51,764 bases of DNA, taken from IMG/VR virus record IMGVR_UViG_3300044267_002854, positions 1-51,764 of that record, one strand, 5' to 3'. The notes below the pieces were generated by a model, which was given only the letters and a program-made list of their open reading frames with translations, did not search any database and had not been told where the DNA came from. A program made the translations under genes and the position numbers. Source of the DNA: a virus (Duplodnaviria; Caudoviricetes). This document shows, piece after piece, positions 19,184 to 28,941 of this stretch; the first letter of the stretch is position 1; every line of letters begins with the position of its first letter.

Positions 19184-19841
19184 GTGGAGTGAAAAGGTTA
19201 ATGGCTTTGTTAGACCAGACACACTAGACGAATACGTTTTTAAAGAAATAAAGCCGTCTTACAAGTGTTTAGAGATATCTCCAGGAGATGTTGTGCTAGA
19301 TGTAGGCGCTAACATTGGAGCATTCACTAAGTATGCCTTAGAGTTAGGTGCAGAAGTTCATGCGTATGAGCCTGAAGAAGAAAACTATTTAATTATGTTA
19401 GAAAACATTAACTCACTTGACGCCATAGCTTATGCTAACAAGAAAGTTTTAACAGAACGGTGTGCGGTGGTGGGTGATGACAGCAAGTCTATTTCCCTGT
19501 ATGTTAACTCTAAGAAAAACAAAGGGCTACACATGACTAGACCAGTTCGTGGTCGTGAAGGGGTAGAGGTAGAGGCAAAAAACTTTGATGAAATAATCAC
19601 ATCAAAGCAACCAAATAAAATAAAGATTGATGTAGAGGGAGGAGAGTACAGCTTTATGCCTACGGTCTTTCCTGATTGTGTAGAGAAATTAGCAATGGAA
19701 CTACACTTTCAATACAACAAAGAGTGGAGAGGCATGGCAGTAAAGATACATGAAGACATGTTGTCGCAAGGCTTTTCCGTAATAAGAGAACCTAAATTCA
19801 CAGGTGGTAATTGGACCACATTAGCGGGGTATTCAAGATGA
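19173..19841 (+). CDS. FkbM-family SAM-dependent methyltransferase
   Basis: VLDVGANIGAF, AYEP, KIDVEGGE. Confidence 0.88.
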   Translation: MNIEWSEKVNGFVRPDTLDEYVFKEIKPSYKCLEISPGDVVLDVGANIGAFTKYALELGAEVHAYEPEEENYLIMLENINSLDAIAYANKKVLTERCAVVGDDSKSISLYVNSKKNKGLHMTRPVRGREGVEVEAKNFDEIITSKQPNKIKIDVEGGEYSFMPTVFPDCVEKLAMELHFQYNKEWRGMAVKIHEDMLSQGFSVIREPKFTGGNWTTLAGYSR

Positions 19842-20596
19842 AAGTATACATTCCAACAAGAGGCAGATCAAAAGACCAAACAACCCTAAAGTTTTTTCCT
19901 GAAGGACTAAAGGATAAAACAATATTAGTCGTAGACCACGACGAGAGAGATCAGTACGATGCTTACCCAAATGTATGGGTAATGCCTGAAGACTTGCCAA
20001 GCGGTATTTCACCAAAGCGAAAATATATTTGTGAGAATAGCGACGATCCTAAGGTGGTCATGCTTGACGACGACATACGCTTTTACATAAGAAAAGCATT
20101 CAACGACTGGCACTTGCGTTATTTAGAACCACACGAGCTACCAGCCATGTTTGGCGTTCTTGATAAGTGGTTAAACGATTATGCGCATTGTGGTGTGAGC
20201 GCTAGGGAAGGAAACAATCGAGTAGAAGACCTTTCCGTAGAGAACACTAGGTATATGCGATTACTCGCCTATAACATGGACATGTTGGACGGGGTAGAAC
20301 TAGGAAGGACTCGGATTATGGAGGACTTTGATGTTAACCTGCAACTATTAAGGAAGGGTAAAAAATCTAAGGTCAGCTATTACTATGCGCAAGGACAAGG
20401 CACCTCTAACGCCGATGGCGGTTGTAGTGAGTGGCGAAACCTAGACGTACAGGCAGAAGGTGCGGAACTATTAGCTTCCCTACACCCTGACTTTGTAAGG
20501 GTGGTTGAAAAGAAAACTAAAGAGGCTTGGGGTGGAGGCACTCGCAAGGACGTAATTGTACAATGGAAGAAGGCATATGCAAGTAGTCAAAGTTAA
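19838..20596 (+). CDS. TET-associated-type (TAGT/GREB1-like) glycosyltransferase
   Basis: N-terminal YIPTRGR, MLDDD (DxD), EDFDVNLQLLRKG, GGCS. Confidence 0.72.
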   Translation: MKVYIPTRGRSKDQTTLKFFPEGLKDKTILVVDHDERDQYDAYPNVWVMPEDLPSGISPKRKYICENSDDPKVVMLDDDIRFYIRKAFNDWHLRYLEPHELPAMFGVLDKWLNDYAHCGVSAREGNNRVEDLSVENTRYMRLLAYNMDMLDGVELGRTRIMEDFDVNLQLLRKGKKSKVSYYYAQGQGTSNADGGCSEWRNLDVQAEGAELLASLHPDFVRVVEKKTKEAWGGGTRKDVIVQWKKAYASSQS

Positions 20597-21647
20597 GAAT
20601 GTAAATCAAGCCCTCCCGTTAGGGATGAGCCTACTATATGAAGACGGAGTTCTTCGTGAGAGTCGAGCAGGAGACGTTATAGAATATCCTGGAGTCGTGG
20701 CGACAGTTTATGAAAAACCCACAGAAAGAGTATTGTTTAGCCCAGAAAGAGACGCTAACCCTTTCTTTCATTTCATAGAAGGTTTATGGATGCTTGACGG
20801 CAGGAACGACGTGGAGAGTATTGCACATTATGTCAAGCGCATGGGTAAGTTTAGCGACGACAGCAAAACACTGCATGGAGCATACGGACATCGATGGCGT
20901 TCGTGGTTTGGCAGAGACCAACTGCTTGAAGTCATAAACCGACTCTCTCTTTTCGAAGAAGACAGACGTGTTGTCCTAACGATGTGGGATCCTGAGAATG
21001 ATTTTACTTGTATGGAAGAAGGTGCTAAAGATGTTCCTTGTAACACTCACGTTTATTTTAAAGTTAGGGACGGCAAACTACACATGACAGTCTGTTGTCG
21101 TAGCAATGATATGATTTGGGGTGCTTACGGTGCTAACGCAGTACACATGTCCATGTTGCAGGAATTTATAGCTAACGCTATCAAAAAACAGGTAGGAACG
21201 TACACACAAATCAGCGACAGTTATCATGCCTATCAAGACGTTTATGCAAACCTACTGGATAAAATTCCTCCCGTAGATGTCTGGAATTTTCATCATGTGT
21301 ACAGCGATCCGTACAAACTAGACACCATACAGGCATATCCTCAGCTACTGTTAACCGACCACGTCAGTTGGTTAGAGACTAATAATCAGTTTCTATCTAC
21401 AGTTTTCGACCACTCGATGGAGCCCGAAGCGATAAAAAAGTGGAACTACCACTCAAACCCAGCAAAAGAAGACCCGTTTTTTGTCAATGTCGCAGAACCT
21501 ATCGCTGTTGCTTGGGAACACTACAAACTGTACAAAGAACTAGGTATAAGGGAAGAGATACAGAAAGCCCTATATGCGCTCAGTCCGTGCTTAGCTGGTG
21601 ATTGGCGCAGAGCCTGCATAGAGTGGATAGAGAGGAGGGCTAATTAA
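20577..21647 (+). CDS. thymidylate synthase homolog, probable dUMP hydroxymethylase
   Basis: Catalytic DVPCN; RSNDMIWGAYGAN (Asn at the pyrimidine-specificity position, so dUMP); SYHAY; gene neighbourhood. Confidence 0.8.
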   Translation: MQVVKVKNVNQALPLGMSLLYEDGVLRESRAGDVIEYPGVVATVYEKPTERVLFSPERDANPFFHFIEGLWMLDGRNDVESIAHYVKRMGKFSDDSKTLHGAYGHRWRSWFGRDQLLEVINRLSLFEEDRRVVLTMWDPENDFTCMEEGAKDVPCNTHVYFKVRDGKLHMTVCCRSNDMIWGAYGANAVHMSMLQEFIANAIKKQVGTYTQISDSYHAYQDVYANLLDKIPPVDVWNFHHVYSDPYKLDTIQAYPQLLLTDHVSWLETNNQFLSTVFDHSMEPEAIKKWNYHSNPAKEDPFFVNVAEPIAVAWEHYKLYKELGIREEIQKALYALSPCLAGDWRRACIEWIERRAN

Positions 21648-21677
21648 ATTTTACCGAAAAATTTTGTAAGAAAGTAA

Positions 21678-22367
21678 ATGAGTAATCAAGACACAATAAA
21701 CCGATGGTCGCATAGCCGTTTAGGAACTTATGAAAGTTGCCCTAAAAAAGCATTTTTCAGATACATAGAACACGTACCTGAGGAACAACACCCTGCTGCA
21801 GAGCGTGGTATTAAGATACACAACCTAGCAGAACAATATATAAAGGGGGAACTAAGTGAGATGCCTAGAGAACTATATCTCTTCTACGAGGGTTTTGAAC
21901 AGCTAAGAGAAGCATACGAGGAGGGTGACGTCTCTGTAGAGGAACAGTGGGCTTTTAACTTGAGTTGGGAAAAAGCAGATTGGGACGGTGAGGACACTTG
22001 GGGTAGATACGTTATTGATGCTTTTGTTAAACAGGGCGATAACGCTAGAGTTATTGACTTTAAAACAGGTAGGTTCAAAGATAAAAATGAAGGATATAAG
22101 AACCAGTGTTCTTTATATGCCTGTTGTGTGTTTAACCGCTTCCCTGAAATACAGAATATAGAAACAGAGTTGTGGTATCTAGACCACCATAAAATAACTC
22201 GTTATCGCTTTAGTAGAGAAGACTTGAGCGATATACAAGAAAATTTTCACAACAGGGCACTAACCATGACCACAGACACAGAGTTTAAAACAGCACCATC
22301 TGAGTTTGCTTGTCGTTGGTGTTCTTTTACTAATATTTGTAAGGATAATTTTTATGCGAGATCTTAA
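21678..22367 (+). CDS. PD-(D/E)XK nuclease (Cas4/RecB-like exonuclease)
   Basis: SHSRLGTYESCPKK, IDA..VIDFKTG, C-terminal CRWC...C. Confidence 0.85.
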   Translation: MSNQDTINRWSHSRLGTYESCPKKAFFRYIEHVPEEQHPAAERGIKIHNLAEQYIKGELSEMPRELYLFYEGFEQLREAYEEGDVSVEEQWAFNLSWEKADWDGEDTWGRYVIDAFVKQGDNARVIDFKTGRFKDKNEGYKNQCSLYACCVFNRFPEIQNIETELWYLDHHKITRYRFSREDLSDIQENFHNRALTMTTDTEFKTAPSEFACRWCSFTNICKDNFYARS

Positions 22368-22854
22368 TTCTTTATATAAGGTCATGGACAGCGGAGACGT
22401 TAAGCGTTATCACACAGTCGCAACACTAGGGGAGCAAACTAACGCTACTCACTGTTGGGGTGTGGCGGTTATTGCACTGTATCTATACCCAGAGATCGAT
22501 AAAGGTCTTTTATTGAACACACTACTGCATGACGTTGGTGAAATAGACACAGGAGATATACCTGCTACTGTTAAGTGGGCTAATCCAGAATTAAAACACA
22601 GACTAGATGCTATCGAAGACAAGTTGATGCAGGAACTGGGAATAGACTACAAAATAACAACTAAAGAGAAAAAGATACTGAAACAAGCAGACATGTTTGA
22701 ACTACTCTTCTTTTGTTTAAAGCAAAGAAAACTAGGTAATAGACATGTTGGTCGTATTTTCGGCAACGGGGTTGAAAAGTTGTCCGATGGAAATTTAAAC
22801 GGTCGGGGTGAAAAACTACTGGCTAATTTAGTAACACTATATGGAGAGATATAA
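22354..22854 (+). CDS. HD-domain 5'-deoxynucleotidase (YfbR-like)
   Basis: RYH..QTNATH, LLHDVGEIDTGDIP, KQADMFE. Confidence 0.82.
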   Translation: MRDLNSLYKVMDSGDVKRYHTVATLGEQTNATHCWGVAVIALYLYPEIDKGLLLNTLLHDVGEIDTGDIPATVKWANPELKHRLDAIEDKLMQELGIDYKITTKEKKILKQADMFELLFFCLKQRKLGNRHVGRIFGNGVEKLSDGNLNGRGEKLLANLVTLYGEI

Positions 22855-23198
22855 TGGAACCAGAAAACCTTAGAAAATTAACAGAAAACGATATTGAATG
22901 CCTAGCTAAAGCTGAAGAGTCATACGGTGACTCTTGGAAAAAGCGTGGTGGCGTAGGTGCATTCATGATGTTAGCTCGTAAGTGGGACAGGCTTGAGAAT
23001 AAAGCAGATGAGTACGGTTGGGACGTTTTTGAGGCAATACAGGACGACGATAGACCCGAAGGTATATTAGACGACATCCGAGACCTCCGTAGGTATCTAC
23101 TACTGGTCGAAGAAGAGATGCAGAGGGAGACAGAGATGCGTAAACCACTTCCTCAAGAGATAACTGAGGGCATAACCCTACCTAAGTTTGAGGCGTAG
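22854..23198 (+). CDS. nucleotide-modification-associated protein (DUF1599/Nmad1-like)
   Basis: SYGDSW..RG...RKWDRL...DDIRDLRRYLLL. Confidence 0.65.
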   Translation: MEPENLRKLTENDIECLAKAEESYGDSWKKRGGVGAFMMLARKWDRLENKADEYGWDVFEAIQDDDRPEGILDDIRDLRRYLLLVEEEMQRETEMRKPLPQEITEGITLPKFEA

Positions 23199-23199
23199 A

Positions 23200-25080
23200 G
23201 TGTTACAGACACCAATGTTTCAGAGCGATTCTGACTGGGCACCGCCTTCTATTCTTCCAGATATATCACAGGAAAAAGAGATAGCCATTGACCTTGAGAC
23301 AAGAGACCCGAACCTAATTAAAAAAGGTCCAGGCTGGGCAACAGACGACGGTGAGGTGGTGGGCATAGCCGTAGCCACTAAAAACTGGTCGGGCTATCTA
23401 CCCATCAAACACGAAGGTGGGGGAAACCTAGATAAGAAGTTTGTTTTGTCTTGGTTGAGTAGGGTATTGAGCACAGAAAGTGATAAGATATTTCATAATT
23501 CTTTGTACGATGTTGGTTGGCTACGAAGAACAGGGGTAAAACTAAACGGTAAGATACAAGACACCATGATTGCTGCACCTTTGATAAATGAAAACAGAAA
23601 TCGTTACTCTCTAGATTCTCTTGGAGCCGAGTATTGTGGCGAAAGGAAAGACGAAACACTGCTCAAGAAAGCAGCACAGGATTGGGGGATAAACCCTAAA
23701 GCTGAGATGTGGAAATTACCAGCTAAGTACGTTGGTAGTTATGCAGAACAAGACGCAGTCTTAACACTAAAGTTGTGGCAAGAAATGAAAAAAGAGATAG
23801 AGAAACAAGGACTTAGCCAAATTTACTCACTAGAGAGCGGACTTTTACCGTTGTTAATAGAAATGCGTTGGCGAGGTATCTTGATTGATCAAGACAAAGC
23901 GGGACAAACATCAGAACAACTAAAGGTTAAAGAAAAAGAGGTTCTCAAGGAAGTTAAAAGGCTCTGTGGACTCGACATAGAAGTTTGGGCTTCAGCATCG
24001 GTCGCTAAAGGGTTCGATAAACTAGGAATCAGTTATCCTAGGACAGCTAGGACTAATGCCCCTAGTTTTACTTCGCAATGGCTAGAAACTCATGACCACG
24101 AGCTACCTAAAGCGATTGTAAGGGCTCGGAAGTTAAATAAGGTGCGTACTACCTTTATCGATAAAATGGTATTCGAGCACTTACATAAGGGGCGTCTACA
24201 CGCACAGATAAACCCTTTACGGTCTGATAACGGCGGTACGGTCACAGGACGGTTCAGCTATAGCACACCAAACCTACAACAAGTACCCGCTAGAGATCCT
24301 GAGCTCGGTGAGTTAGTTAGGGAACTCTTCATACCTGATGGCGATGCTTATTGGGGCGCATTTGACTACAGTCAACAAGAACCTAGACTAACGGTTCACT
24401 ATTCTTCTCTGACCAAACAAGCAGGGGCAGAAGAAGCAGTTAAAGCATACCAAGACGATAATGCAGATTTTCATCAAATAGTGGCGGATATGGCAGGCAT
24501 TGATCGAAAGAAGGCTAAGATGATTAACTTAGGGCTTAGCTATGGAATGGGAAGACAGAAACTAACCATGTCGCTAGGTATATCGGAAGCAGAAGCAGAA
24601 CAGTTGTTCGCTAAATATCATCAACGAGTGCCTTTTATAAGAGGGTTGACTAACGCCTGTATGCGTAAAGCATCAAACAAGGGCTTTATAACCACTCTCT
24701 TAGGTAGGAAGTGTCGTTTTAACCTATACGAGCCTCAAGGGGAAAGAGGCATCCCTCTGCCCTATGACCAAGCAGTAGCTAAGTGGGGTGAACAGGGGTT
24801 AGGTAGAGCCTTTACCTATAAAGCACTAAACAGACTAATACAGGGTTCGGCAGCAGATATGACTAAACGGGCGATGTTAGATTTGTGGAACGAGGGGTAT
24901 GTTCCTTATGTACAAGTACATGACGAACTAGACCTCGCAGTATCAAATAAGAAAGAAGCAGAGAATATAAAAGAAATCATGGAACAGTGCGTCAAGCTGC
25001 AAGTACCAAATATTGTAGATGCAGAAATCGGGAAAAGTTGGGGGAAAGCAACACAATCATACGAGGAGATATTTAAGTGA
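23200..25080 (+). CDS. polA: family A DNA polymerase with 3'-5' exonuclease
   Basis: IDLET, FHNSLYD, TGRFS, DYSQQEPR, KMINLGLSYG, QVHDEL. The start may be 23188 or 23200. Confidence 0.95.
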   Translation: MLQTPMFQSDSDWAPPSILPDISQEKEIAIDLETRDPNLIKKGPGWATDDGEVVGIAVATKNWSGYLPIKHEGGGNLDKKFVLSWLSRVLSTESDKIFHNSLYDVGWLRRTGVKLNGKIQDTMIAAPLINENRNRYSLDSLGAEYCGERKDETLLKKAAQDWGINPKAEMWKLPAKYVGSYAEQDAVLTLKLWQEMKKEIEKQGLSQIYSLESGLLPLLIEMRWRGILIDQDKAGQTSEQLKVKEKEVLKEVKRLCGLDIEVWASASVAKGFDKLGISYPRTARTNAPSFTSQWLETHDHELPKAIVRARKLNKVRTTFIDKMVFEHLHKGRLHAQINPLRSDNGGTVTGRFSYSTPNLQQVPARDPELGELVRELFIPDGDAYWGAFDYSQQEPRLTVHYSSLTKQAGAEEAVKAYQDDNADFHQIVADMAGIDRKKAKMINLGLSYGMGRQKLTMSLGISEAEAEQLFAKYHQRVPFIRGLTNACMRKASNKGFITTLLGRKCRFNLYEPQGERGIPLPYDQAVAKWGEQGLGRAFTYKALNRLIQGSAADMTKRAMLDLWNEGYVPYVQVHDELDLAVSNKKEAENIKEIMEQCVKLQVPNIVDAEIGKSWGKATQSYEEIFK

Positions 25081-25397
25081 AAGGAATAGATGAGTCAAGT
25101 GCTTCGTTTCATAGAGACAGAAACTCAAAAATCTACTATGAGTACACGAACACAAAACAAACACTGGAACAACTTGCTGATAAGTACGGAGTCACGAAAC
25201 AGAGAGTTTGGCAGATTGTCAGGCGCTGTGAGATGGGTTCTGGAGACTATTACAAAGGTTTTGAAAACTATAGAGATAAACAAGATTCCCTAAAAGAACT
25301 AGGGATCCCTGAGGAGCAGATGCATAAACTTCTTCGTAAGTGGATGAGCGAAAAGTTTGATATCAAGACTATAGCTCTCAAGAATGAAGGAGAATAA
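25077..25397 (+). CDS. HTH DNA-binding protein (sigma region-4-like)
   Basis: TLEQLADKYGVTKQRVWQIV. Confidence 0.75.
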   Translation: MKGIDESSASFHRDRNSKIYYEYTNTKQTLEQLADKYGVTKQRVWQIVRRCEMGSGDYYKGFENYRDKQDSLKELGIPEEQMHKLLRKWMSEKFDIKTIALKNEGE

Positions 25398-25770
25398 TCT
25401 CTGGCAAAGCCTTAAAAGAAATCTTTCAAAGCCACTTTGGCAACGTATAGAAACAGGAGGCACAGGAAGAGGTATCCCAGATGTTTTTGGCGCATATGAC
25501 GGGGCTTGTTGCTGGGTAGAGCTAAAAGTAGCTAAAGGAAACAAAGTTCTTTTAAGACCTGAACAGGTTGCTTGGCTTATAAAATTCGGTCAAACTGGGC
25601 TTCCTACCTATATACTAGTAGGTACTGATAAAAGAAAAATGTATCTTTTTTCAGGACTAGAGGCAATAATTGTAAAAGACGAAGGTTTAAAAGCAGAACC
25701 ATTGTTGTTGTTAACTGCTCCTTACGATTGGGAAAAACTTCAAGAGGTGTTATTTTCTCAGAAGAAATAG
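25384..25770 (+). CDS. VRR-NUC/Holliday junction resolvase-like nuclease
   Basis: GIPDV...WVELKV...RPEQVAW. Confidence 0.8.
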   Translation: MKENNLWQSLKRNLSKPLWQRIETGGTGRGIPDVFGAYDGACCWVELKVAKGNKVLLRPEQVAWLIKFGQTGLPTYILVGTDKRKMYLFSGLEAIIVKDEGLKAEPLLLLTAPYDWEKLQEVLFSQKK

Positions 25771-25973
25771 ACATTGAAGAAATAATGACGCTGTACTCAA
25801 TGTATAGAGAAGACTCGGACATGATGTTGCAAATTGTTCTTTTCGCACTAAACCGATACCCCAGTGAAATAGAAAAAGGACTAGGGATTACAGAACAGTA
25901 TAGAGAGCGATTAGAGCACGTAGCTGTTAAAATGCTTGCCCCCGAAATTCCTGAGTCGAAAAACCTAAACTAA
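25728..25973 (+). CDS. hypothetical protein
   Basis: ORF ending just before the next promoter; start uncertain. Confidence 0.5.
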   Translation: MGKTSRGVIFSEEIDIEEIMTLYSMYREDSDMMLQIVLFALNRYPSEIEKGLGITEQYRERLEHVAVKMLAPEIPESKNLN

Positions 25974-25981
25974 CAGACTCC

Positions 25982-26010
25982 TTTACTTTTTTAATAAACC
26001 CTTATATCAT
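25982..26010 (+). promoter_or_regulatory. promoter TTTACT-N17-TATCAT
   Basis: Recurrent motif. Confidence 0.7.
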
Positions 26011-26016
26011 AAGGGT

Positions 26017-26649
26017 ATGTATTATTTTAGTAATTATTTAACAGACGAGCAACTCGAAGCAGAAGAAAGCAAGGGTCTTTGCCCCGTATGTAAAAAGAAC
26101 CAAATAAAAGGCACACAAATAAAATATTGTAGTGCTGAGTGCAGAATACTTTCCCACTATAGTCGTAATTTTCCACCCCAAGAACCTGTAGATAGAAACT
26201 GTGTTGAGTGTGGTGTTGAGTTTACAGGAACAGGGTTCTACTGTTCCGAAAAATGTGATCAACAAAACAAACTAAAGAGGCATCAAAATCCCTTTAGTGA
26301 GTATGGAACTAAAGGTAATAAAAAACAGAAGAAAGAAAAACATAAGAAAGAAGCACGATATGGTCTAGGCGACCCTACATGGATGCACGGCAGTTTTATA
26401 GGCAACATACCTGACAATGTTCGATACATTGTTGCTTCAATACCCGACGAACCTTACACGCAGGAAGACATGCAAGAAATCGATAAAATAATAATCGAAG
26501 AACTCTCCCCCGTAAGAGCAGAAAGAGTTAGATATCGAAGATCAGAGAAACAAGCTACAGAGCACAGAAAACAAAAAGCTCGGAAAGCCATAGGCTGGGA
26601 AAAAGGCTTGAAGTTCGACTATAAGAAAAGAAGATTCTTAAAAAGTTGA
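26017..26649 (+). CDS. Cys-rich Zn-binding hypothetical protein
   Basis: CPVC..YCSAEC, CVEC..YCSEKC. Confidence 0.7.
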   Translation: MYYFSNYLTDEQLEAEESKGLCPVCKKNQIKGTQIKYCSAECRILSHYSRNFPPQEPVDRNCVECGVEFTGTGFYCSEKCDQQNKLKRHQNPFSEYGTKGNKKQKKEKHKKEARYGLGDPTWMHGSFIGNIPDNVRYIVASIPDEPYTQEDMQEIDKIIIEELSPVRAERVRYRRSEKQATEHRKQKARKAIGWEKGLKFDYKKRRFLKS

Positions 26650-26716
26650 ACTCGTTTACTTTGTACCTAATCTAAGTAAACTATATACCTACCTAATTTT
26701 AATAAAGGAGAACGTT

Positions 26717-27082
26717 GTGAAAACAAAAGAACTCAAGAAGCTCATGAAAGAGTGGAAAAAACGACCTGGAGAAATGTCTTTAGTAATAAAAGGCACTAAT
26801 TTAGGAGACAAAATACGCTGGATGACTTGGCGAGACCAACACGAAGCTATTCTACCCTTAAATAACGTCAAGGGTAAGCGCCCCAGCTACGAAGACTTTA
26901 TAGAACTACTGTCGAATGTAAGTATACAGTACTACCCCGACGATGCGATACGGGAAGACGGAAAGCATCTTGACTCGGAAGTCTGGAAGCTGGAACTAAC
27001 AGCTATAAAACAAGAGCCACAAAAATATTTTAAAAGCCATGGGGGATCAACAGCCTTCAAGCCTCAAGAGGAAACAGAATGA
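26717..27082 (+). CDS. hypothetical protein
   Basis: AAGGAG RBS with GTG start; promoter at 26655. Confidence 0.7.
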   Translation: MKTKELKKLMKEWKKRPGEMSLVIKGTNLGDKIRWMTWRDQHEAILPLNNVKGKRPSYEDFIELLSNVSIQYYPDDAIREDGKHLDSEVWKLELTAIKQEPQKYFKSHGGSTAFKPQEETE

Positions 27083-27372
27083 AGTTTGACCAGAGGCTAC
27101 TCTGGACAGAAGACGACGACGAAGGATTAGAAGAAATTTTGGCTCTTGCTAGGGTCATTTCTAAAATCTGTGAAGTCACCATAAAAAATCTAGATATGGA
27201 AAAAGAATTAATTCCTCCTGCTTTGTTGTTTTGTGCAGTTTCTGAACTACTGGGCTATGCCGACGTAGATTCACAAGACCTAATGAAAGATGAAGAATTA
27301 AAACGTCAAATGAAAGTTATCCTCGATGCTGCGTTTAGAGTCATGCGAGGACAACCACTAGCATTAAATTGA
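27079..27372 (+). CDS. hypothetical protein
   Basis: ATGA overlap. Confidence 0.65.
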   Translation: MKFDQRLLWTEDDDEGLEEILALARVISKICEVTIKNLDMEKELIPPALLFCAVSELLGYADVDSQDLMKDEELKRQMKVILDAAFRVMRGQPLALN

Positions 27373-27438
27373 TGTTCCTTTACCTTCAAGTAAAGCGGTT
27401 ATATGCTAGTTTAATACTTATTATAAAGGAGAAAGCAA

Positions 27439-27708
27439 ATGGTATTAAATCCAGAAACAGCCTCATATTCGCAGTACATAGCGTATGAAATACAGGGCTT
27501 ACTAAAAAAATGTATTGACAAAGCACAAATAAAACACCACTTTTTTGCAACACCTCAAGAGCCATTGATTGGCGAGGTTGGTCATGTTGATGACTCAAAG
27601 TCTGATTGGGTAAGTGGACCATTCATTAAAGAAATATACGTCAAGGACGTCTACGGAAAGTCTTATAAAATCACTATAGAAGACTGGAAGGAAGACGTTG
27701 ATGTTTAA
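27439..27708 (+). CDS. hypothetical protein
   Basis: Promoter TTTACC-N17-TATGCT at 27379; AAGGAG RBS. Confidence 0.7.
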   Translation: MVLNPETASYSQYIAYEIQGLLKKCIDKAQIKHHFFATPQEPLIGEVGHVDDSKSDWVSGPFIKEIYVKDVYGKSYKITIEDWKEDVDV

Positions 27709-27847
27709 TCTACTAGGTCGACTTATCTATTTTTTGGTGACAGCGTTTTGTGTTTGCATCTTTTTAATAGAAGTTATCTTTTAGATTGTCCTTTACTTTA
27801 GGGTTTTTCAGTTTTACTATAATAGTAGTTAATAATAAGTGAATATT

Positions 27848-28015
27848 ATGGCACACGACGAGATGAATTTTATAAAGCAACCCAAGCATGGTCGCTCCAA
27901 GATAGAAACTCACGAGCAAGGCGAAATACGAATGCTGACTCGTAAGGTCTATGAGCTGACCGTAGAGAACGGTACGCTTAAACAAAAAATAGCAAAACTT
28001 AAAGCGACAAGGTAG
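27848..28015 (+). CDS. small hypothetical protein (55 aa)
   Basis: Behind the promoter at 27792; MAHDEMNFIKQPKHG...KIAKLKATR*. Confidence 0.55.
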   Translation: MAHDEMNFIKQPKHGRSKIETHEQGEIRMLTRKVYELTVENGTLKQKIAKLKATR

Positions 28016-28051
28016 ATTTTACGTTAGTTCACCTTTAACTACCTTGTTGCT

Positions 28052-28096
28052 GGTATGCGGTGGTTTTTTACTTTATCATTTTTCACTACCGCATAC
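28052..28096 (+). terminator. stem-loop
   Basis: GTATGCGGTGG...CTACCGCATAC. Confidence 0.5.
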
Positions 28097-28150
28097 TCCT
28101 TTACTTTCTAATTTTTATTAGTTATCCTTAATTTTTATAGGGTATTTATT

Positions 28151-28675
28151 ATGAACATATTTATATTAGATGACAATCCTCGTGCTTGTGCCGAGTACCA
28201 CCTCGACAAGCATGTTGTCAAAATGCCGTTAGAGACTGCACAACTGATTTGTACAGCGCACTGGATTACTCATTTTTTCGGGCACATACCCCAAGCTATC
28301 GACAGCTATGAAACCAAAAAACTACGGGAATACTCTAGCGAGTACGACATTTTTCCGTACAAGCCTGTGATGCCTAATCACCCTTGTTCTATCTGGGTTC
28401 GTAGCTCTATGCAAAATTACATGTATCTCACGGCACTAGGCATAGCACTAGGTCGTGAGTATACACACCGATACAATAGAAAGCATAAGTCTGCTGAGCT
28501 ATTATACGACCTACCCAGTATTAAACTACCTGACGATGGTCTTACAGACTTTGCTCAGGCTATGCCCGACGAGTATCGCAACTCTGACGCAATCACTGCC
28601 TACCGATCGTACTACCGAGGCGACAAAGCATACATCGCTAAGTGGACTAAAAGAGATACGCCATGGTGGTTTTAA
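28151..28675 (+). CDS. pyrimidine-dimer DNA glycosylase-like (DenV-related) protein
   Basis: MNIFILD...DKHVVKMPLETAQL, NHPCSIW, EYTHRY, QAMPDEY, AYRSYY. Confidence 0.8.
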   Translation: MNIFILDDNPRACAEYHLDKHVVKMPLETAQLICTAHWITHFFGHIPQAIDSYETKKLREYSSEYDIFPYKPVMPNHPCSIWVRSSMQNYMYLTALGIALGREYTHRYNRKHKSAELLYDLPSIKLPDDGLTDFAQAMPDEYRNSDAITAYRSYYRGDKAYIAKWTKRDTPWWF

Positions 28676-28743
28676 TCCCCTTTACTTTCTAGTTTACTTT
28701 TTATATGGTATAAGGGTAATTAATTAAATTAACGGAGTATATT

Positions 28744-28941
28744 ATGGACTACGATGAGTGGCAACAAAAAAATACCGACAAGTGGAATCAAATCTTAGAC
28801 GACCTTCGAGAGTCAGGCGAAATAAATATGTTTGGCGCAGTGGGTTGGCTAGTAGATAACTACGGTCTTGAGCGATCAGAAGCAAGTAAGGTTTTTGAGA
28901 ACTGGACTAAAACTTTCGGTGAGCGACATGGAGCCGTTTGA
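28744..28941 (+). CDS. hypothetical protein
   Basis: LDDLRESGEINMFGA motif; promoter at 28681. Confidence 0.75.
   Translation: MDYDEWQQKNTDKWNQILDDLRESGEINMFGAVGWLVDNYGLERSEASKVFENWTKTFGERHGAV

Noticed and set aside
20577-21647. dCMP hydroxymethylase (hmC pathway)
   Set aside because: The specificity position reads Asn (RSNDMIWGAYGAN) rather than Asp, and the adjacent hmU-kinase-like gene favours dUMP. Not formally excluded.
21678-22367. Cas4-like nuclease as a sign of CRISPR-Cas
   Set aside because: No repeat-spacer array or other cas genes; a common stand-alone phage exonuclease.
22354-23198. HD hydrolase plus MazG-like gene as a DatZ/MazZ Z-genome system
   Set aside because: No PurZ (adenylosuccinate synthetase homolog) in the window, and the neighbours point to thymine modification.
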